Both the position numbers and the translations under genes were made by a program. Below, in pieces: positions 1 through 10,247 of a stretch of DNA of 64,000 nucleotides (position 1 is the stretch's first letter; each line of letters opens with the position of its first letter). The notes under the pieces were generated by a model, which was not told where the DNA came from, did not search any database, and saw only the letters and a list, made by a program, of their open reading frames with translations. Source of the DNA: Clostridia bacterium (GTDB lineage Bacteria; Bacillota; Clostridia; Christensenellales; CAG-138); contig JAFSPW010000057.1 in assembly GCA_017451295.1 (NCBI GenBank), positions 8,227-72,226 of the forward strand, written 5' to 3'.

Positions 1-137
1 CCGAAGTTCTTAAAGTCATAGGTGTGGCCGTCCTGGGGGGCAAAGGCCAGGCAAACCTTGCCGCCGTGGCCGATGACGGCGTGCTCCATGTCCCGTCCCA
101 TGCGGGGGCTGTACTGCTTGTGATAGGTCTCTAACAT
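1..137 (-). CDS. esterase-family (alpha/beta hydrolase-like) protein, N-terminal fragment running off the window
   Basis: Reverse-strand ATG at 137 follows GGAGGA (141-146) and the stop of the upstream ATP-grasp gene. It translates to MLETYHKQYSPRMGRDMEHAVIGHGGKVCLAFAPQDGHTYDFKNF, which resembles 'putative esterase' N-termini. It is too short to appear in the ORF track. Confidence 0.4.
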   Translation of the reverse strand, partial: MLETYHKQYSPRMGRDMEHAVIGHGGKVCLAFAPQDGHTYDFKNF

Positions 138-146
138 AGCTCCTCC

Positions 147-1340
147 TTATGCCCATTGCTGGACAAACTCTATAAATTCCTTAACCTCCGCCTCGCTGTA
201 GGCGTGGGCGGTGTACATTTGGTTCCCCATGGCGGAGGCCAGGATGTCCGGCATCCGTTCGCACATGGCCATGTTCTTTCCGTATCTTTCCATGATTTCC
301 TCATGGCTGTGGCGATAGGTGCGGCTGTCCTTTCTACTGGCATAGACACACCAATGGTCCTGGCCGCTTTCGGGCAGCAGACGCTTGTCCGCCGTCACCA
401 TGTCGGCCCAAATCTGGTACACATCCGTGGCGTGGGCAAAATCCATCATGTCCGGGGTGTACCCGCCCGCCGGCCGCATGTTTACCTCCAGGGCCACAAA
501 GTCGCCCACCCTTCCAAGGTTCTGCCGTTCCCTGGTAAGACGGAAAAACTCGAAGTGGACGAACCGGCTCTTTACACCAAAGGCCTTCACCGTCCGCCGC
601 CCCATGTCCAATAGCACAGGGGGCACCTCCTTCAAGGTGTAGTAGGACAGCTCCAAATCCTCGTTCACCAAATCCGCAATGGAGGGCGGAAAGGCGGAGG
701 AGGCTTCAAACAAAGGCTCGCTGTTGGAATCCACAATGGCATCGTAGGAGTAGATATCCCCGTAGATAAACTCCTCCATCACATAGGGCACCGGGGGCTT
801 GATGCGAAAGAACGTTTGCGAATCCTCGTCGTTCTCCAGCTTCCAGGTGTCAGCAGCTCCCACGCCCACATCGGGCTTGACAATCACCGGATAGCCGCCG
901 ATATCCTCTAAAAAGGCTTTGGCGGCAGCCTCATCGCTAATCAGGTGGGACCGGGCTGTGGGGATATTTGCGCTCGAGTATACGGGCTTCATGGCATACT
1001 TGCGCTTCCAGCTGCCGATATCCTCATATTTTATGCCGGTGGTGATGTTAAAATCGCTGCGAAGCCGGGCATCCTGCTCCAGCCAGTATTCGTTGTTGCT
1101 CTCCAGCCAGTCAATCTTTCCATACCGGAAGGAGAAGTAGGCCACCGCCCGGAACACCTGCTCATAGCTTTCCAGGGTGTCCACCTTGTAGTATTCCGTG
1201 AGAGCCTCCTGTAGCGGCTCCTCCAAACTCTCATACGGCGCATCCCCGATTCCCAGCACATTGACCCCGTTTCTGTGCAAACGGTCGCAAAAATTCCAAT
1301 AGGTACGGGGAAAATAGGGGGAAATAAAGACAAAATTCAT
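147..1340 (-). CDS. ATP-grasp domain-containing protein
   Basis: From ORF 147..1403, with the start trimmed to ATG 1340 (MNFVFISPYFPRTYW...). It has an ATP-grasp-like core (GGYPVIVKPDVGVGAADTWKL ... FVALEVNMRPAGG). Confidence 0.75.
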   Translation of the reverse strand: MNFVFISPYFPRTYWNFCDRLHRNGVNVLGIGDAPYESLEEPLQEALTEYYKVDTLESYEQVFRAVAYFSFRYGKIDWLESNNEYWLEQDARLRSDFNITTGIKYEDIGSWKRKYAMKPVYSSANIPTARSHLISDEAAAKAFLEDIGGYPVIVKPDVGVGAADTWKLENDEDSQTFFRIKPPVPYVMEEFIYGDIYSYDAIVDSNSEPLFEASSAFPPSIADLVNEDLELSYYTLKEVPPVLLDMGRRTVKAFGVKSRFVHFEFFRLTRERQNLGRVGDFVALEVNMRPAGGYTPDMMDFAHATDVYQIWADMVTADKRLLPESGQDHWCVYASRKDSRTYRHSHEEIMERYGKNMAMCERMPDILASAMGNQMYTAHAYSEAEVKEFIEFVQQWA

Positions 1341-1445
1341 AGGTACCTCGCTTATATATCTTTGCGTGATATATAGTATAAAACGAAATGACCTATGAAT
1401 CAAGCCCGGTTTTCTGTTCCCGGGCGTAATAGAGGGCGCTGGAAT

Positions 1446-1775
1446 TCACTTTTTCCCCAGGCAGCTCATCAGCCGCAGCAGCTGCTGCAGGTCCATGCCC
1501 CCGCTTCCTCCCTCCGGCGGCTTTCGATTGGGCGGCGGCGGCGGAGGCGGCGGCGGATTCTGGGGCGGCAGGGGCACCCCCAGCCGCCGGGAAAGCTCCT
1601 CGCCCAAAGGCGGCGGCAGCAGGGGACCCACACAGCGCACATATTGCTCCACTCCCAAGCGGCCTCGTTCCATTCTCACCTGCTCGGCAAGTACCAAAGC
1701 GCAGGTCAGCGGATGGGGCGGCGGGGAAGGCGGCCCGGCCTGACCGGGACGGTTGTTGTTCATATAGCTGTTCAT
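1446..1775 (-). CDS. hypothetical proline-rich protein (coding strand and frame uncertain)
   Basis: 109-aa ORF containing a run of nine Pro. The region is GC-rich low-complexity sequence, (GGC)n at 1531-1557, and is open in several frames on both strands. There is no convincing SD. Confidence 0.3.
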   Translation of the reverse strand: MNSYMNNNRPGQAGPPSPPPHPLTCALVLAEQVRMERGRLGVEQYVRCVGPLLPPPLGEELSRRLGVPLPPQNPPPPPPPPPNRKPPEGGSGGMDLQQLLRLMSCLGKK

Positions 1776-1863
1776 GCTCTATTCTATGCGCCCCTGCCGC
1801 CCCTTGCCACCGGGCATACCCTGGGGGAAGGGCGCATAGGCTCATAGCAAAGGGGGTGAGCCC

Positions 1864-2079
1864 ATGACACAGGACGAGATGGAACAGTTTCTGCACCAGC
1901 GGCAGAATAGCACCGAAGGGGAGCTCATGGAGGAGCTCAAGCGCATGACCCGGGCCCAGGAGCAGACGGGGGAGATGAGCACCACCCGCATGGAGGAGAT
2001 TTATAACACCCTTTGGCCCTTTTTGAACGAGGCCCAGCGGCAGAAGATGCAGGAGGTCATCCGCCGCCTGAAGGAGTAG
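1864..2079 (+). CDS. hypothetical small acidic protein (71 aa)
   Basis: ATG is preceded by AAAGGGGGTGA SD-like sequence. The composition is helical and charged, with no recognisable family. Confidence 0.5.
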   Translation: MTQDEMEQFLHQRQNSTEGELMEELKRMTRAQEQTGEMSTTRMEEIYNTLWPFLNEAQRQKMQEVIRRLKE

Positions 2080-2185
2080 AATTTTGTCCCTACGGTGAAC
2101 CTTTTGCCAGCATTGGGATTCTGCCCTTTACGCAGAAGGAATTTTGTGGTAAACTCCCATATTGAAATAGTATGCGGAGTGTAAT

Positions 2186-4930
2186 ATGAGTTTCATTGAT
2201 AGATTGCTGGGGAACACCAGCGAGCAAAAGCTGAAAAAGATGCGGCCGGTGGTGGCCAAAATAAACGGCCTGGAACCGAAGTACCAGGCCATGACCGACG
2301 AGCAGCTGCGGCAGCAGACGGAGCTGTTCAAGGAGCGCCTAACCCGGGGGGAGACCCTGGACGATTTGCTTCCCGAGGCCTTTGCCGTGGTTCGGGAGGC
2401 CGCCGTGCGTACCGTGGGCATGCGGCACTTTGATGTGCAGCTGCTGGGCGGCATGGTGCTCCATCAGGGCCGCATTGCGGAGATGAAGACCGGCGAGGGC
2501 AAAACCCTGGTGGCCACCCTTCCCGCTTACCTCAACGCCCTTTCGGGCAAGGGTGTCCATATCGTCACCGTCAACGACTATCTGGCCCGCCGCGATGCCC
2601 AGTGGATGGGCAAGATTCATCGCTTCCTGGGCCTTTCCGTGGGCTGCATCGTCCACGACTTGACGGCCGACGAGCGCCGCGCTGCCTATGCCTGCGATAT
2701 CACCTACGGCACCAACAACGAGTTTGGTTTTGACTACCTGCGGGACAACATGGTGGTCTATAAGGAGAACATGGTCCAGCGGGAGCTGAACTATGCCATC
2801 GTGGACGAGGTGGACTCCATCCTTATCGACGAGGCCAGAACCCCCCTCATCATCAGCGGTCAGGGGGAGGAAAGCTCCGAAATGTATCGGGAGGCGGACC
2901 GGTTCGTCCGCCGTCTCACCCGGGGCGAGGACATCAAGGACATCAGCAAGTCCGACCAGATGATGGGCATCCAGCAGGAGGACAGCGGGGACTATATGTG
3001 CGACATTCGCCGCCGCACCGTCCAGCTGACGGCCCAGGGTATCGAAAAGGCCCAGAAGCACTTCCATGTGGAGAACCTGTCGGATGTGGAGAACACGGAG
3101 CTGAACCACTACATCAAGCAGGCCCTTCGTGCCCACGCCCTCTTCACCCGGGATAAGGACTATGTGGTCCAGGACGGGCAGGTCCTCATCGTGGACGAGT
3201 TCACCGGCCGGCTCATGATCGGCCGCCGCTATAACGAAGGCCTTCACCAGGCCCTGGAAGCCAAGGAAGGGGTCAAGGTGGAGCGGGAGAACAAGACCCT
3301 GGCCACCATCACCTTCCAGAACTACTTCCGCATGTTCCATAAGCTGGCGGGCATGACCGGTACCGCCAAGACCGAGGAGGACGAGTTCACCGCCATCTAC
3401 GGCCTCGATGTCGTGGAGGTCCCTACCAACAAGCCCTGCATCCGGGAGGACAAGCCCGATATGGTCTATTCCACCGAAGCCGGGAAGTTCCGGGCCGTGG
3501 TGGAGGAGATTGTGGCCGTCCATAAGACGGGCCGTCCCCTGCTGGTGGGCACCATCAGCGTGGAAAAGAGCGAGTATCTTTCCGACCGGCTCAGCCGGGC
3601 CGGGGTGCCGCACCAGGTCTTAAACGCCAAATTCCATGCCAAGGAGGCCCAAATCGTGGCCCAGGCGGGCAAGCTCAACGCCGTCACCATCGCCACCAAC
3701 ATGGCCGGCCGCGGCACGGATATTCTGCTGGGCGGCAACCCGGACTTTTTGGCCCGGCAAGCCCTCATGCGAGACGGTCTGGAGGAGGACTTAATCGAGG
3801 AAGCCACGGGCCATGCGGAGACCGGCGATGAAACCATTCTCGCCGCCCGCGCTAAGTATAAGGAGTATTATGATGCCTTCAAGGTGGAGACGGACCGGGA
3901 GCACGCCCAAGTGGTGGCCCTGGGTGGTCTGCACATCATCGGCACCGAACGGCACGAAAGCCGCCGCATCGACAACCAGCTAAGAGGCCGGGCCGGCCGT
4001 CAGGGGGACCCGGGCAGCACCCGGTTCTATGTGTCCTTGCAGGACGAGCTGATGCGCCGCTTCGGGGCGGACCGGGTGGAAGGCATCATGGCCAAGCTGA
4101 ACCCCGGGGACGAGATTCCCATCGAAAACGGCCTCATCACCCGGCAGATTGAGGGCGCCCAGAAGCGGGTGGAGATGGCCAACTTCGACACCCGCAAGAA
4201 CGTGCTGCGCTATGACGATGTCATGAACAAGCAGCGGGAGATTATCTATGGCCAGCGCCGCCAGGTCCTCATGGGGGAGGACATGCACCAGAGCTTCCTC
4301 GGCATGATAGAGGACACCATAGAGAGCATCGTCAACGCCTACTGCCCCAAGGAGGGGAAGGCCGAGCAATGGAATCTGTCCCTTGTCGCCAAGGAGATTT
4401 GCGATTTATGCGCCCTGCCCCCGGTGGATATTTTCGCCGGGCAGCCCGTCTCCCGTCAGGAGGATGTGATGGCCATCTGCCGGGCCTATGTGAATCGGGC
4501 CCTTGAGAATAAGGCCCAGGAGCTGCAGCAGGCCGGTATCGACCTCCACGAGGTGGAACGGGTGGTGCTCCTTCGCACCGTGGACACCCACTGGATGGAT
4601 CACATCGACGCCATGGACCAGCTGCGCCAGGGCATCGGCCTTAGGGCATACGCCCAGAAGGACCCGGTGGTGGCCTACACCAACGAAGGCTTTGAAATGT
4701 TCGATGCCATGGTTTCGGCCATTCGGGAGGAGGCCGTCAAGGGCCTTATGCGGGTAGCGGTCCGCAAGGCGCCCGTGGTGCGGCAGCAGGTGGCCAAGCC
4801 CGTGGACACCCCGTCCCCCGAGGGGAACGCGCCCATGAAGAAGCTGGCTGCCGATAAGGTGGGCAGAAACGATCCCTGTCCCTGCGGCAGCGGAAAGAAA
4901 TATAAGAACTGCCACGGCAGAAACTTGTAG
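2186..4930 (+). CDS. secA: preprotein translocase ATPase SecA
   Basis: 914 aa with motor motifs [20 protein letters not shown] and [20 protein letters not shown], and the C-terminal zinc finger [14 protein letters not shown]. Confidence 0.98.
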   Translation: MSFIDRLLGNTSEQKLKKMRPVVAKINGLEPKYQAMTDEQLRQQTELFKERLTRGETLDDLLPEAFAVVREAAVRTVGMRHFDVQLLGGMVLHQGRIAEMKTGEGKTLVATLPAYLNALSGKGVHIVTVNDYLARRDAQWMGKIHRFLGLSVGCIVHDLTADERRAAYACDITYGTNNEFGFDYLRDNMVVYKENMVQRELNYAIVDEVDSILIDEARTPLIISGQGEESSEMYREADRFVRRLTRGEDIKDISKSDQMMGIQQEDSGDYMCDIRRRTVQLTAQGIEKAQKHFHVENLSDVENTELNHYIKQALRAHALFTRDKDYVVQDGQVLIVDEFTGRLMIGRRYNEGLHQALEAKEGVKVERENKTLATITFQNYFRMFHKLAGMTGTAKTEEDEFTAIYGLDVVEVPTNKPCIREDKPDMVYSTEAGKFRAVVEEIVAVHKTGRPLLVGTISVEKSEYLSDRLSRAGVPHQVLNAKFHAKEAQIVAQAGKLNAVTIATNMAGRGTDILLGGNPDFLARQALMRDGLEEDLIEEATGHAETGDETILAARAKYKEYYDAFKVETDREHAQVVALGGLHIIGTERHESRRIDNQLRGRAGRQGDPGSTRFYVSLQDELMRRFGADRVEGIMAKLNPGDEIPIENGLITRQIEGAQKRVEMANFDTRKNVLRYDDVMNKQREIIYGQRRQVLMGEDMHQSFLGMIEDTIESIVNAYCPKEGKAEQWNLSLVAKEICDLCALPPVDIFAGQPVSRQEDVMAICRAYVNRALENKAQELQQAGIDLHEVERVVLLRTVDTHWMDHIDAMDQLRQGIGLRAYAQKDPVVAYTNEGFEMFDAMVSAIREEAVKGLMRVAVRKAPVVRQQVAKPVDTPSPEGNAPMKKLAADKVGRNDPCPCGSGKKYKNCHGRNL

Positions 4931-4994
4931 CGCCCGGTAAAGCACAAGCGTATCTCGGCACACAAATCTACCAAAGCAGAAGGAGAAGATAAAC

Positions 4995-6095
4995 ATGGTT
5001 GTATTGGATGAATACAAGTTCAAACTGGGAGAACTGAGCAAAACCCTGGAACAGGCCAACGCCCAGATGCGGCCCGAGGAGTTGACACAGGAGCTTTCCG
5101 AGCTGGAGGAGCGCATGAGCGCCGCCGACTTCTGGAACGATGTGGATGCCGCCAACAAGGTAACCCAGCGGGTCAAGTCCATCAAGGATAAGCTCGAGCG
5201 GCTCACCAAGCTCAACGGCAGCCGGGAGGACATTCTCGCCCTCATCGAAATGGCCGAGGAGGAGGACGACGAGTCCATCACCGAGGAGATTAAGGCAGAG
5301 CTCGAATCCCTGGAAAAGAAGGTCTCCGCCCTTAGACTCGAGATGCTGCTTAAGGGTCCCTACGATGCCTATAACTGCGTGCTCAGCCTCCATGCCGGCG
5401 CCGGCGGCACCGAAGCCCAGGATTGGACCGAGATGCTCTATCGCATGTACAGCCGCTATTGCGAGCGGAGGGGCTGGTCCGTAAAGGAAATCGACCTGCT
5501 CATGGGCGACGATGCGGGCATCAAGTCCGTCACCTTCGAGGTGGACGGGGAGAACGCCTATGGCTATCTCAAGGCCGAAAAGGGGGTCCACCGCCTGGTC
5601 CGCATCTCCCCCTTCGACAGCAACGCCCGGCGGCACACCTCCTTCTCCTCCCTGGATGTGACCCCCATCTTCGATGACGACAGCAACGACATCAAGATTG
5701 ATCCGGAGGATTTGCGTATCGACACCTACCGTTCCGGCGGTGCCGGCGGCCAGAACGTGAACAAGGTCTCCTCCGCCATCCGCATCACTCACCTGCCCAC
5801 GGGCATCGTGGTCCAGTGCCAAAACGAGCGCAGCCAGCTGCAAAACAAGGAGATGGCCATGCGTATCTTGAAGGGCCGCCTGCTGGAGCTCCAGGAGCGG
5901 GAACGGGAGGCCCAGATGGCAGAATTGAAGGGCGTTATGAAGAAGATTGAATGGGGCAGCCAGATTCGCTCCTATGTCTTCCAGCCCTACACCTTGGTCA
6001 AGGACCACCGCACCGGCGTGGAGAACGGCAACATCCAGGCCGTCATGGACGGGGATTTGGATGCCTTCATCTCCGAATATCTGGTTCAGTCCTAA
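4995..6095 (+). CDS. prfB: peptide chain release factor 2
   Basis: 366 aa with the GGQ motif (SGGAGGQNVNKV) and the RF2-specific SPF (RISPFDS). SD GAAGGAGAAG lies upstream. The gene is a single uninterrupted frame. Confidence 0.95.
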   Translation: MVVLDEYKFKLGELSKTLEQANAQMRPEELTQELSELEERMSAADFWNDVDAANKVTQRVKSIKDKLERLTKLNGSREDILALIEMAEEEDDESITEEIKAELESLEKKVSALRLEMLLKGPYDAYNCVLSLHAGAGGTEAQDWTEMLYRMYSRYCERRGWSVKEIDLLMGDDAGIKSVTFEVDGENAYGYLKAEKGVHRLVRISPFDSNARRHTSFSSLDVTPIFDDDSNDIKIDPEDLRIDTYRSGGAGGQNVNKVSSAIRITHLPTGIVVQCQNERSQLQNKEMAMRILKGRLLELQEREREAQMAELKGVMKKIEWGSQIRSYVFQPYTLVKDHRTGVENGNIQAVMDGDLDAFISEYLVQS

Positions 6096-6104
6096 GGGAT
6101 TGCA

Positions 6105-6134
6105 CAAAACAGCGCCCCGCTTTGGCGGGGCGCT
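6105..6134. terminator. GC-rich hairpin between convergent prfB and hpf
   Basis: AGCGCCCCGC-tttg-GCGGGGCGCT, a 10-bp perfect stem at 6111-6134. On the minus strand it is followed by GTTTTGTG. Confidence 0.7.
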
Positions 6135-6165
6135 TGCTGTATGTGTATGAGCAAATGCCTTGTGC

Positions 6166-6693
6166 TTATGCAGGCTCAATCAGGCCGTAGTTGCCGTCCT
6201 TGCGCTGATAGAGCACGTTCACAAGGCCGGTTTCGGCGTTCTCGAACACGAAGAAGGAATGGCCCAGCATCTCCATCTGGAGCATGGCCTCCTCCTCGCT
6301 CATGGGCCGGATATCAAAGCGCTTGGTACGCACAATCTGCGGGGTGAAGGCTTCCGGCTCCTCGGGGGTTGTGGGGGCAAAATCGGCAATGACTTCGCCG
6401 CTGCGGCGCTTCTTGTCCTGCCGGGTGCGATAGCGCTGCACCTGCTTCTCCAGCTTGCTTACTACATTGTCCAAGGAAGCGTACATATCGCCGGAGGTTT
6501 CCTCCGCCCGAATGATGCGGCCTTCATAAGGCACGGTCACTTCCACGATGTGGCGGTTCTTCTCCACCGACAGGCTCACCTGGGCTTCCGCATCCTGGGG
6601 GAAAAACTTGGAGAGCTTGCTCAGCTTTTTCTCCGCCGTCTCCCGCATATAGGTGGAGATGTCCAGATTCTTACCGGAAATGGAAATACGCAT
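6166..6693 (-). CDS. hpf: ribosome hibernation promoting factor, long form
   Basis: Begins MRISISGKNLDISTYMRETAEKKL... and ends with a C-terminal dimerisation-like region, ...RFDIRPMSEEEAMLQMEMLGHSFFVFEN. ATG 6693 has better SD spacing (GGGAG-8 nt) than GTG 6702. Confidence 0.9.
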   Translation of the reverse strand: MRISISGKNLDISTYMRETAEKKLSKLSKFFPQDAEAQVSLSVEKNRHIVEVTVPYEGRIIRAEETSGDMYASLDNVVSKLEKQVQRYRTRQDKKRRSGEVIADFAPTTPEEPEAFTPQIVRTKRFDIRPMSEEEAMLQMEMLGHSFFVFENAETGLVNVLYQRKDGNYGLIEPA

Positions 6694-6829
6694 ACGGTTC
6701 ACTCCCTCTGATGCGATGGTATCGTTCTAACGCATCTATAAGTATAGTACCACAGAATACCGTTCTTGTCCTTCCTTTTTTCAAAATTTTTCCGTGAGTT
6801 TTCTTTTTGCATGTTTTGGCTATCTTTCC

Positions 6830-6858
6830 TTGCATCGACTCAAGAAAACTGCTATATT
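6830..6858 (+). promoter_or_regulatory. sigmaA-type promoter for the nitroreductase gene
   Basis: TTGCAT (6830-6835), 17 nt spacer, TATATT (6853-6858). Confidence 0.5.
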
Positions 6859-6887
6859 TATACCATCTTTTTTATAGGAGGCAGACC

Positions 6888-7412
6888 ATGAATCCCATTC
6901 TTGAAGCCATGAAAACCCGCCGCAGCATCCGCAAGTTCAAGCCCGATATGCCCGAGCGGGAAGCCATCGAGCAGATTATCGAAGCCGGTCGCTATGCTGC
7001 CAGCGGCAAGGGCGCCCAGGCCACCATCACCCTGGCCATCACCAATAAGGAGACTCGCGACAGGCTCATGACCGCCAACGCCCGGGCTCTGGGCCATGAG
7101 GGTATCGACCCCTTCTATGGCGCCCCGGTCATTCTGGTGGTCCTCAGGGACAAGAGCTTCTTCACCAGCATCTATGACGGAAGCCTGGTCATGGGCAACA
7201 TGATGCTGGCCGCTCACGCCCTGGGCCTGGGCAGCATCTGGATTCACCGGGCAAAGGAGGAGTTTGAGCAGCCGGAGTGGCAGGCCCTTCTCAAGGACCT
7301 GGGCATAGAAGGGGAGTGGGAAGGCGTCGGCAACCTGGCCCTGGGCTATATAGAAGGGGAGCCGCCCAAGGCAGCTCCCCGCAAGGACGGCCGCGTGTTC
7401 TTTGTGGACTAA
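6888..7412 (+). CDS. nitroreductase family protein
   Basis: Start trimmed to MNPILEAMKTRRSIRKF after AGGAGG. This is a typical nitroreductase N-terminus and size (174 aa). Confidence 0.85.
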   Translation: MNPILEAMKTRRSIRKFKPDMPEREAIEQIIEAGRYAASGKGAQATITLAITNKETRDRLMTANARALGHEGIDPFYGAPVILVVLRDKSFFTSIYDGSLVMGNMMLAAHALGLGSIWIHRAKEEFEQPEWQALLKDLGIEGEWEGVGNLALGYIEGEPPKAAPRKDGRVFFVD

Positions 7413-7414
7413 CC

Positions 7415-8548
7415 CTATTCCTGCTTATCCGAAGCGGTGGCTTTGAGCCGCCGCTTTTCCAATGCCGGCAGCAGATAGTCCTGGTACAGCAAGTCCAAAA
7501 TGGCCACCGCAGGAATGGCCAGCAGGATGCCCAAGATGCCGAACATCCGTCCCCCAACGATAACGCCGACAAGAATCCACAGACCGGACACCCCCAGGGA
7601 GTCCCCAAAGAGCTTGGGCTTTATCACATATCCGTCCAGCCCTTGCAGAATCAGGGTGAAGATAAGGAAGGCCAAAGCGTGCCAGGGGTTCACCAGCACC
7701 AGCACAAAGGCGCCGATAACCGCCCCAACCACCGGCCCAAAGGTGGGAATCAGGTTGGTGATGGCCGCCACAAAGGACACAAGACCCACATAGGGCAAGC
7801 CCAGGATGCCCATAAACACCGCATTGCTGATGCCCACAATCAGGCTGTCCAACAGGTTAAATACGATGTACCGGTTCAAAATTCCGTGGCACCGGGAGAG
7901 AAAGTCCGATATGTCACCATACTGCTCCTTGCCGACCAACGCCTTCAGCAGCCGCTGCCCGCCTCGCTTGAGCCGGGGCTTGTCCGAAAGCAGATAGATG
8001 GACAGCAAAAACGCAATACAGAACTGAACCGCCCCCTTGCCAAGCCCTACGGAGGTGGTCAAAATGGAGGAAAGGTTGTTGCGGATATAGTCCGACACGG
8101 CGGTCAGGATAGCCTCGGAGGAGGCGATAAACCGGTCAATATTCAGCGCCGTGGCCAAGACCCCCCATTTATCCAGCAGTCCGTGAAGGGAGGCCAAATA
8201 TCCGTCCAGATTGCCGGCAAACAGGGTCACGCTCTCCACCAGCTGCGGAATCAGCATCAGCAGCAAAAATACCAGCAGCAGAATCACCGTGATGAATGCC
8301 AGCAGGTTAGAAAGAAACCGCCGGGTCTTCATATGCCGGATGGGCCGAAACAGCCGCTCATACAGCATGGCCAGAGGGTTCACAATGTAGGCAATCACCG
8401 CCCCTAAGATGACGGGGGAGAAGTAGCCCACAAAGGTGCCCACGCTCTTCCAGAACGCCCCCCAGCGAAGCAGCAGCACCAGCACGATTACGGCAATGGA
8501 GCCGGCCACGGCGTTAGGGTACCAGGGAGCCTTGCGATAGTTTTTCAT
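7415..8548 (-). CDS. AI-2E family (PerM-like) transporter
   Basis: Start trimmed to MKNYRKAPWYP. The protein is multi-TM with a family-like C-terminal region (GLWILVGVIVGGRMFGILGILLAIP). Confidence 0.8.
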   Translation of the reverse strand: MKNYRKAPWYPNAVAGSIAVIVLVLLLRWGAFWKSVGTFVGYFSPVILGAVIAYIVNPLAMLYERLFRPIRHMKTRRFLSNLLAFITVILLLVFLLLMLIPQLVESVTLFAGNLDGYLASLHGLLDKWGVLATALNIDRFIASSEAILTAVSDYIRNNLSSILTTSVGLGKGAVQFCIAFLLSIYLLSDKPRLKRGGQRLLKALVGKEQYGDISDFLSRCHGILNRYIVFNLLDSLIVGISNAVFMGILGLPYVGLVSFVAAITNLIPTFGPVVGAVIGAFVLVLVNPWHALAFLIFTLILQGLDGYVIKPKLFGDSLGVSGLWILVGVIVGGRMFGILGILLAIPAVAILDLLYQDYLLPALEKRRLKATASDKQE

Positions 8549-8671
8549 AGCGTACCGTCCAAGTGTTTTTTTACATAATATCATGCCCCGGAAGGTTGTC
8601 AAGGGATTCGTCGTTCCCTTGAAAAAACGGTGGAACCGTGGTATGCTTCTATACATATAGGAGGTGTTCTC

Positions 8672-9238
8672 ATGGTCGCTTCTGCTGTATTCAACGAAGC
8701 CATCGTCTTTGCCACGGTTCTTTCCCTTATCCGGGTGGTAAAGCGCATGGAGAAGGGCACGGTCCACAAGGCCTTTCGCTTCTTTACCACTTTGTCCAAT
8801 GTGTTCTGTGGCCTGGCGGCCCTGCTTATGCTCCTATGTGAGCTGGGCGGGTCCGTCCCCATGGGGGTACTGCTGCTAAAATACATCGCCACCTGCGCCG
8901 TCACCGTCACCTTTTTCACGGTGCTCCTGTTCCTCTGGCCCAGCACCAGGAGCAGTAAGGGCCTGTGGGACGGGCCGGAGCTGGTGATGCACCTGATTAC
9001 GCCGCTGCTGGCGCTTGTGTCCTTCCTCTGCTTTGAAAAGGGAGAGTTGCCCTTTGGCGTGGTGTTCCTCGGTGCCCTGCCCGTCATCCTCTATGGGGTG
9101 GTGTATCTGAATAGAGTGGTCTTCACCACCGCCTGGGAGGACTTCTACGGCTTCAATAAGAACGGCAAGTGGCACATCAGCATGGCCGCCATGTTTGTGG
9201 CCGCTTTTCTCATCAGCGTGTTGCTCTGGTGGATGTAA
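8672..9238 (+). CDS. hypothetical integral membrane protein
   Basis: ATG 8672 follows AGGAGG. The protein has about six hydrophobic helices and I cannot assign a family confidently. Confidence 0.6.
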   Translation: MVASAVFNEAIVFATVLSLIRVVKRMEKGTVHKAFRFFTTLSNVFCGLAALLMLLCELGGSVPMGVLLLKYIATCAVTVTFFTVLLFLWPSTRSSKGLWDGPELVMHLITPLLALVSFLCFEKGELPFGVVFLGALPVILYGVVYLNRVVFTTAWEDFYGFNKNGKWHISMAAMFVAAFLISVLLWWM

Positions 9239-9244
9239 ACCCAA

Positions 9245-9283
9245 AAAGAGAAACAGAGGGGAGGTTGCTCCCCTCTGTTTTTG
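9245..9283. terminator. bidirectional intrinsic terminator
   Basis: AACAGAGGGGAG-gttg-CTCCCCTCTGTT, a 12-bp stem at 9252-9279. It is flanked by an A-run upstream and a T-run downstream, between convergent genes. Confidence 0.8.
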
Positions 9284-9292
9284 CGTGCAGAA

Positions 9293-9748
9293 TCAATAGT
9301 ACAGGTTCAGCAGCAGCCGGTTAAAGGCGGTCGTCAACTCGTTACCGTTGTGGACCAGGGCGATGATAAGACAGCTGAACACCAGAATCCAGCCTACCAG
9401 CCGCAGAATCAGGGCGGCGACGGAGAACCGTTTCAGGCTGATGTTCTTGGGATGCCCGGCGCCGAAGATGAACAGGAAGATAAGCCCAACCACCGGTATG
9501 CTGTAGAGAATCATCAGCAGCGCATACTGCCAGGTGGTCAGGGTCTGCTTCTTGTCCGGCAGCTCCACAATGGTGGGGCCTTCCTCCGGCTCCTGGGCTG
9601 CTGCCTGCACCGGCGCCTGGGGCGGGGGAGTGGGCTCCGCTTCGGGGGACACAGGGGGGAGGGGTGCCTCCTCTATCTGCCGCCCGCACTCGCCGCAGAA
9701 CTTGGCCTCGTCCTCCAAGGGACTGCCGCAAAAGGGACAATTCTTCAT
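9293..9748 (-). CDS. zinc-ribbon domain membrane protein
   Basis: N-terminal CPFCG...CGECG zinc ribbon, a Pro-rich linker, then TM helices. Confidence 0.7.
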   Translation of the reverse strand: MKNCPFCGSPLEDEAKFCGECGRQIEEAPLPPVSPEAEPTPPPQAPVQAAAQEPEEGPTIVELPDKKQTLTTWQYALLMILYSIPVVGLIFLFIFGAGHPKNISLKRFSVAALILRLVGWILVFSCLIIALVHNGNELTTAFNRLLLNLYY

Positions 9749-9760
9749 ATCCGGCTCCTC

Positions 9761-10171
9761 TTACTTGATGATGGTGGGGAGCTTGGCCACAAAGGGCAGG
9801 TATTCCCCGCTGCCCTTGAGGGCGCGGACGATGCCCATGATGGTGAAGATGAACAGCACCATCGTCCCCACGCAGCCAATAATCCAGCCCAGCACCGGGA
9901 TAATCATCACCAGGCAGCAAAGCAGCTCTCCAATGAACAGCCACAGTGCCTGGTTCACATGATGCATGGCAAAGGCGGAGTTCCGGCAGCCCACCATGGG
10001 CAGAATCCCCACGGTCAGATACCCGAGCATGGCCAGGATTTTGTTCTCCTCCACATCCTGAGCTTCAAACACCGGAGTGGCCTTCACCGGGGGCACCAGC
10101 TCCTTGCCGCAAACGGGGCAAAAGCGCACGCCTTCAGCAATTTCGGCGCCGCAATGAGGACAGTATTTCAT
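9761..10171 (-). CDS. zinc-ribbon domain membrane protein
   Basis: N-terminal CPHCG...CPVCG zinc ribbon followed by TM helices. It is a paralogous neighbour of 9293..9748. Confidence 0.7.
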   Translation of the reverse strand: MKYCPHCGAEIAEGVRFCPVCGKELVPPVKATPVFEAQDVEENKILAMLGYLTVGILPMVGCRNSAFAMHHVNQALWLFIGELLCCLVMIIPVLGWIIGCVGTMVLFIFTIMGIVRALKGSGEYLPFVAKLPTIIK

Positions 10172-10247
10172 AGCAGTTTACCTCCTGTTTGGTTTCTACG
10201 GCCAGTATACAACACTTTTCGCCATAAAACCAGACATTATTGTGAAC

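Noticed and set aside
2339-3613. Long antisense ORFs opposite well-supported genes. Examples: 2339..3613 (-) in secA, 4968..6179 (-) in prfB, 7277..8407 (+), 11436..12926 (+) in pheT, 24691..25674 (+), 59575..60870 (-) and 60985..62058 (-) in topA/trmFO.
   Set aside because: These are typical stop-codon-poor shadow frames of high-GC coding DNA. Their translations are low-complexity (rich in G, A, R, P, H and L) with no family resemblance. The opposite strand carries unambiguous conserved proteins.
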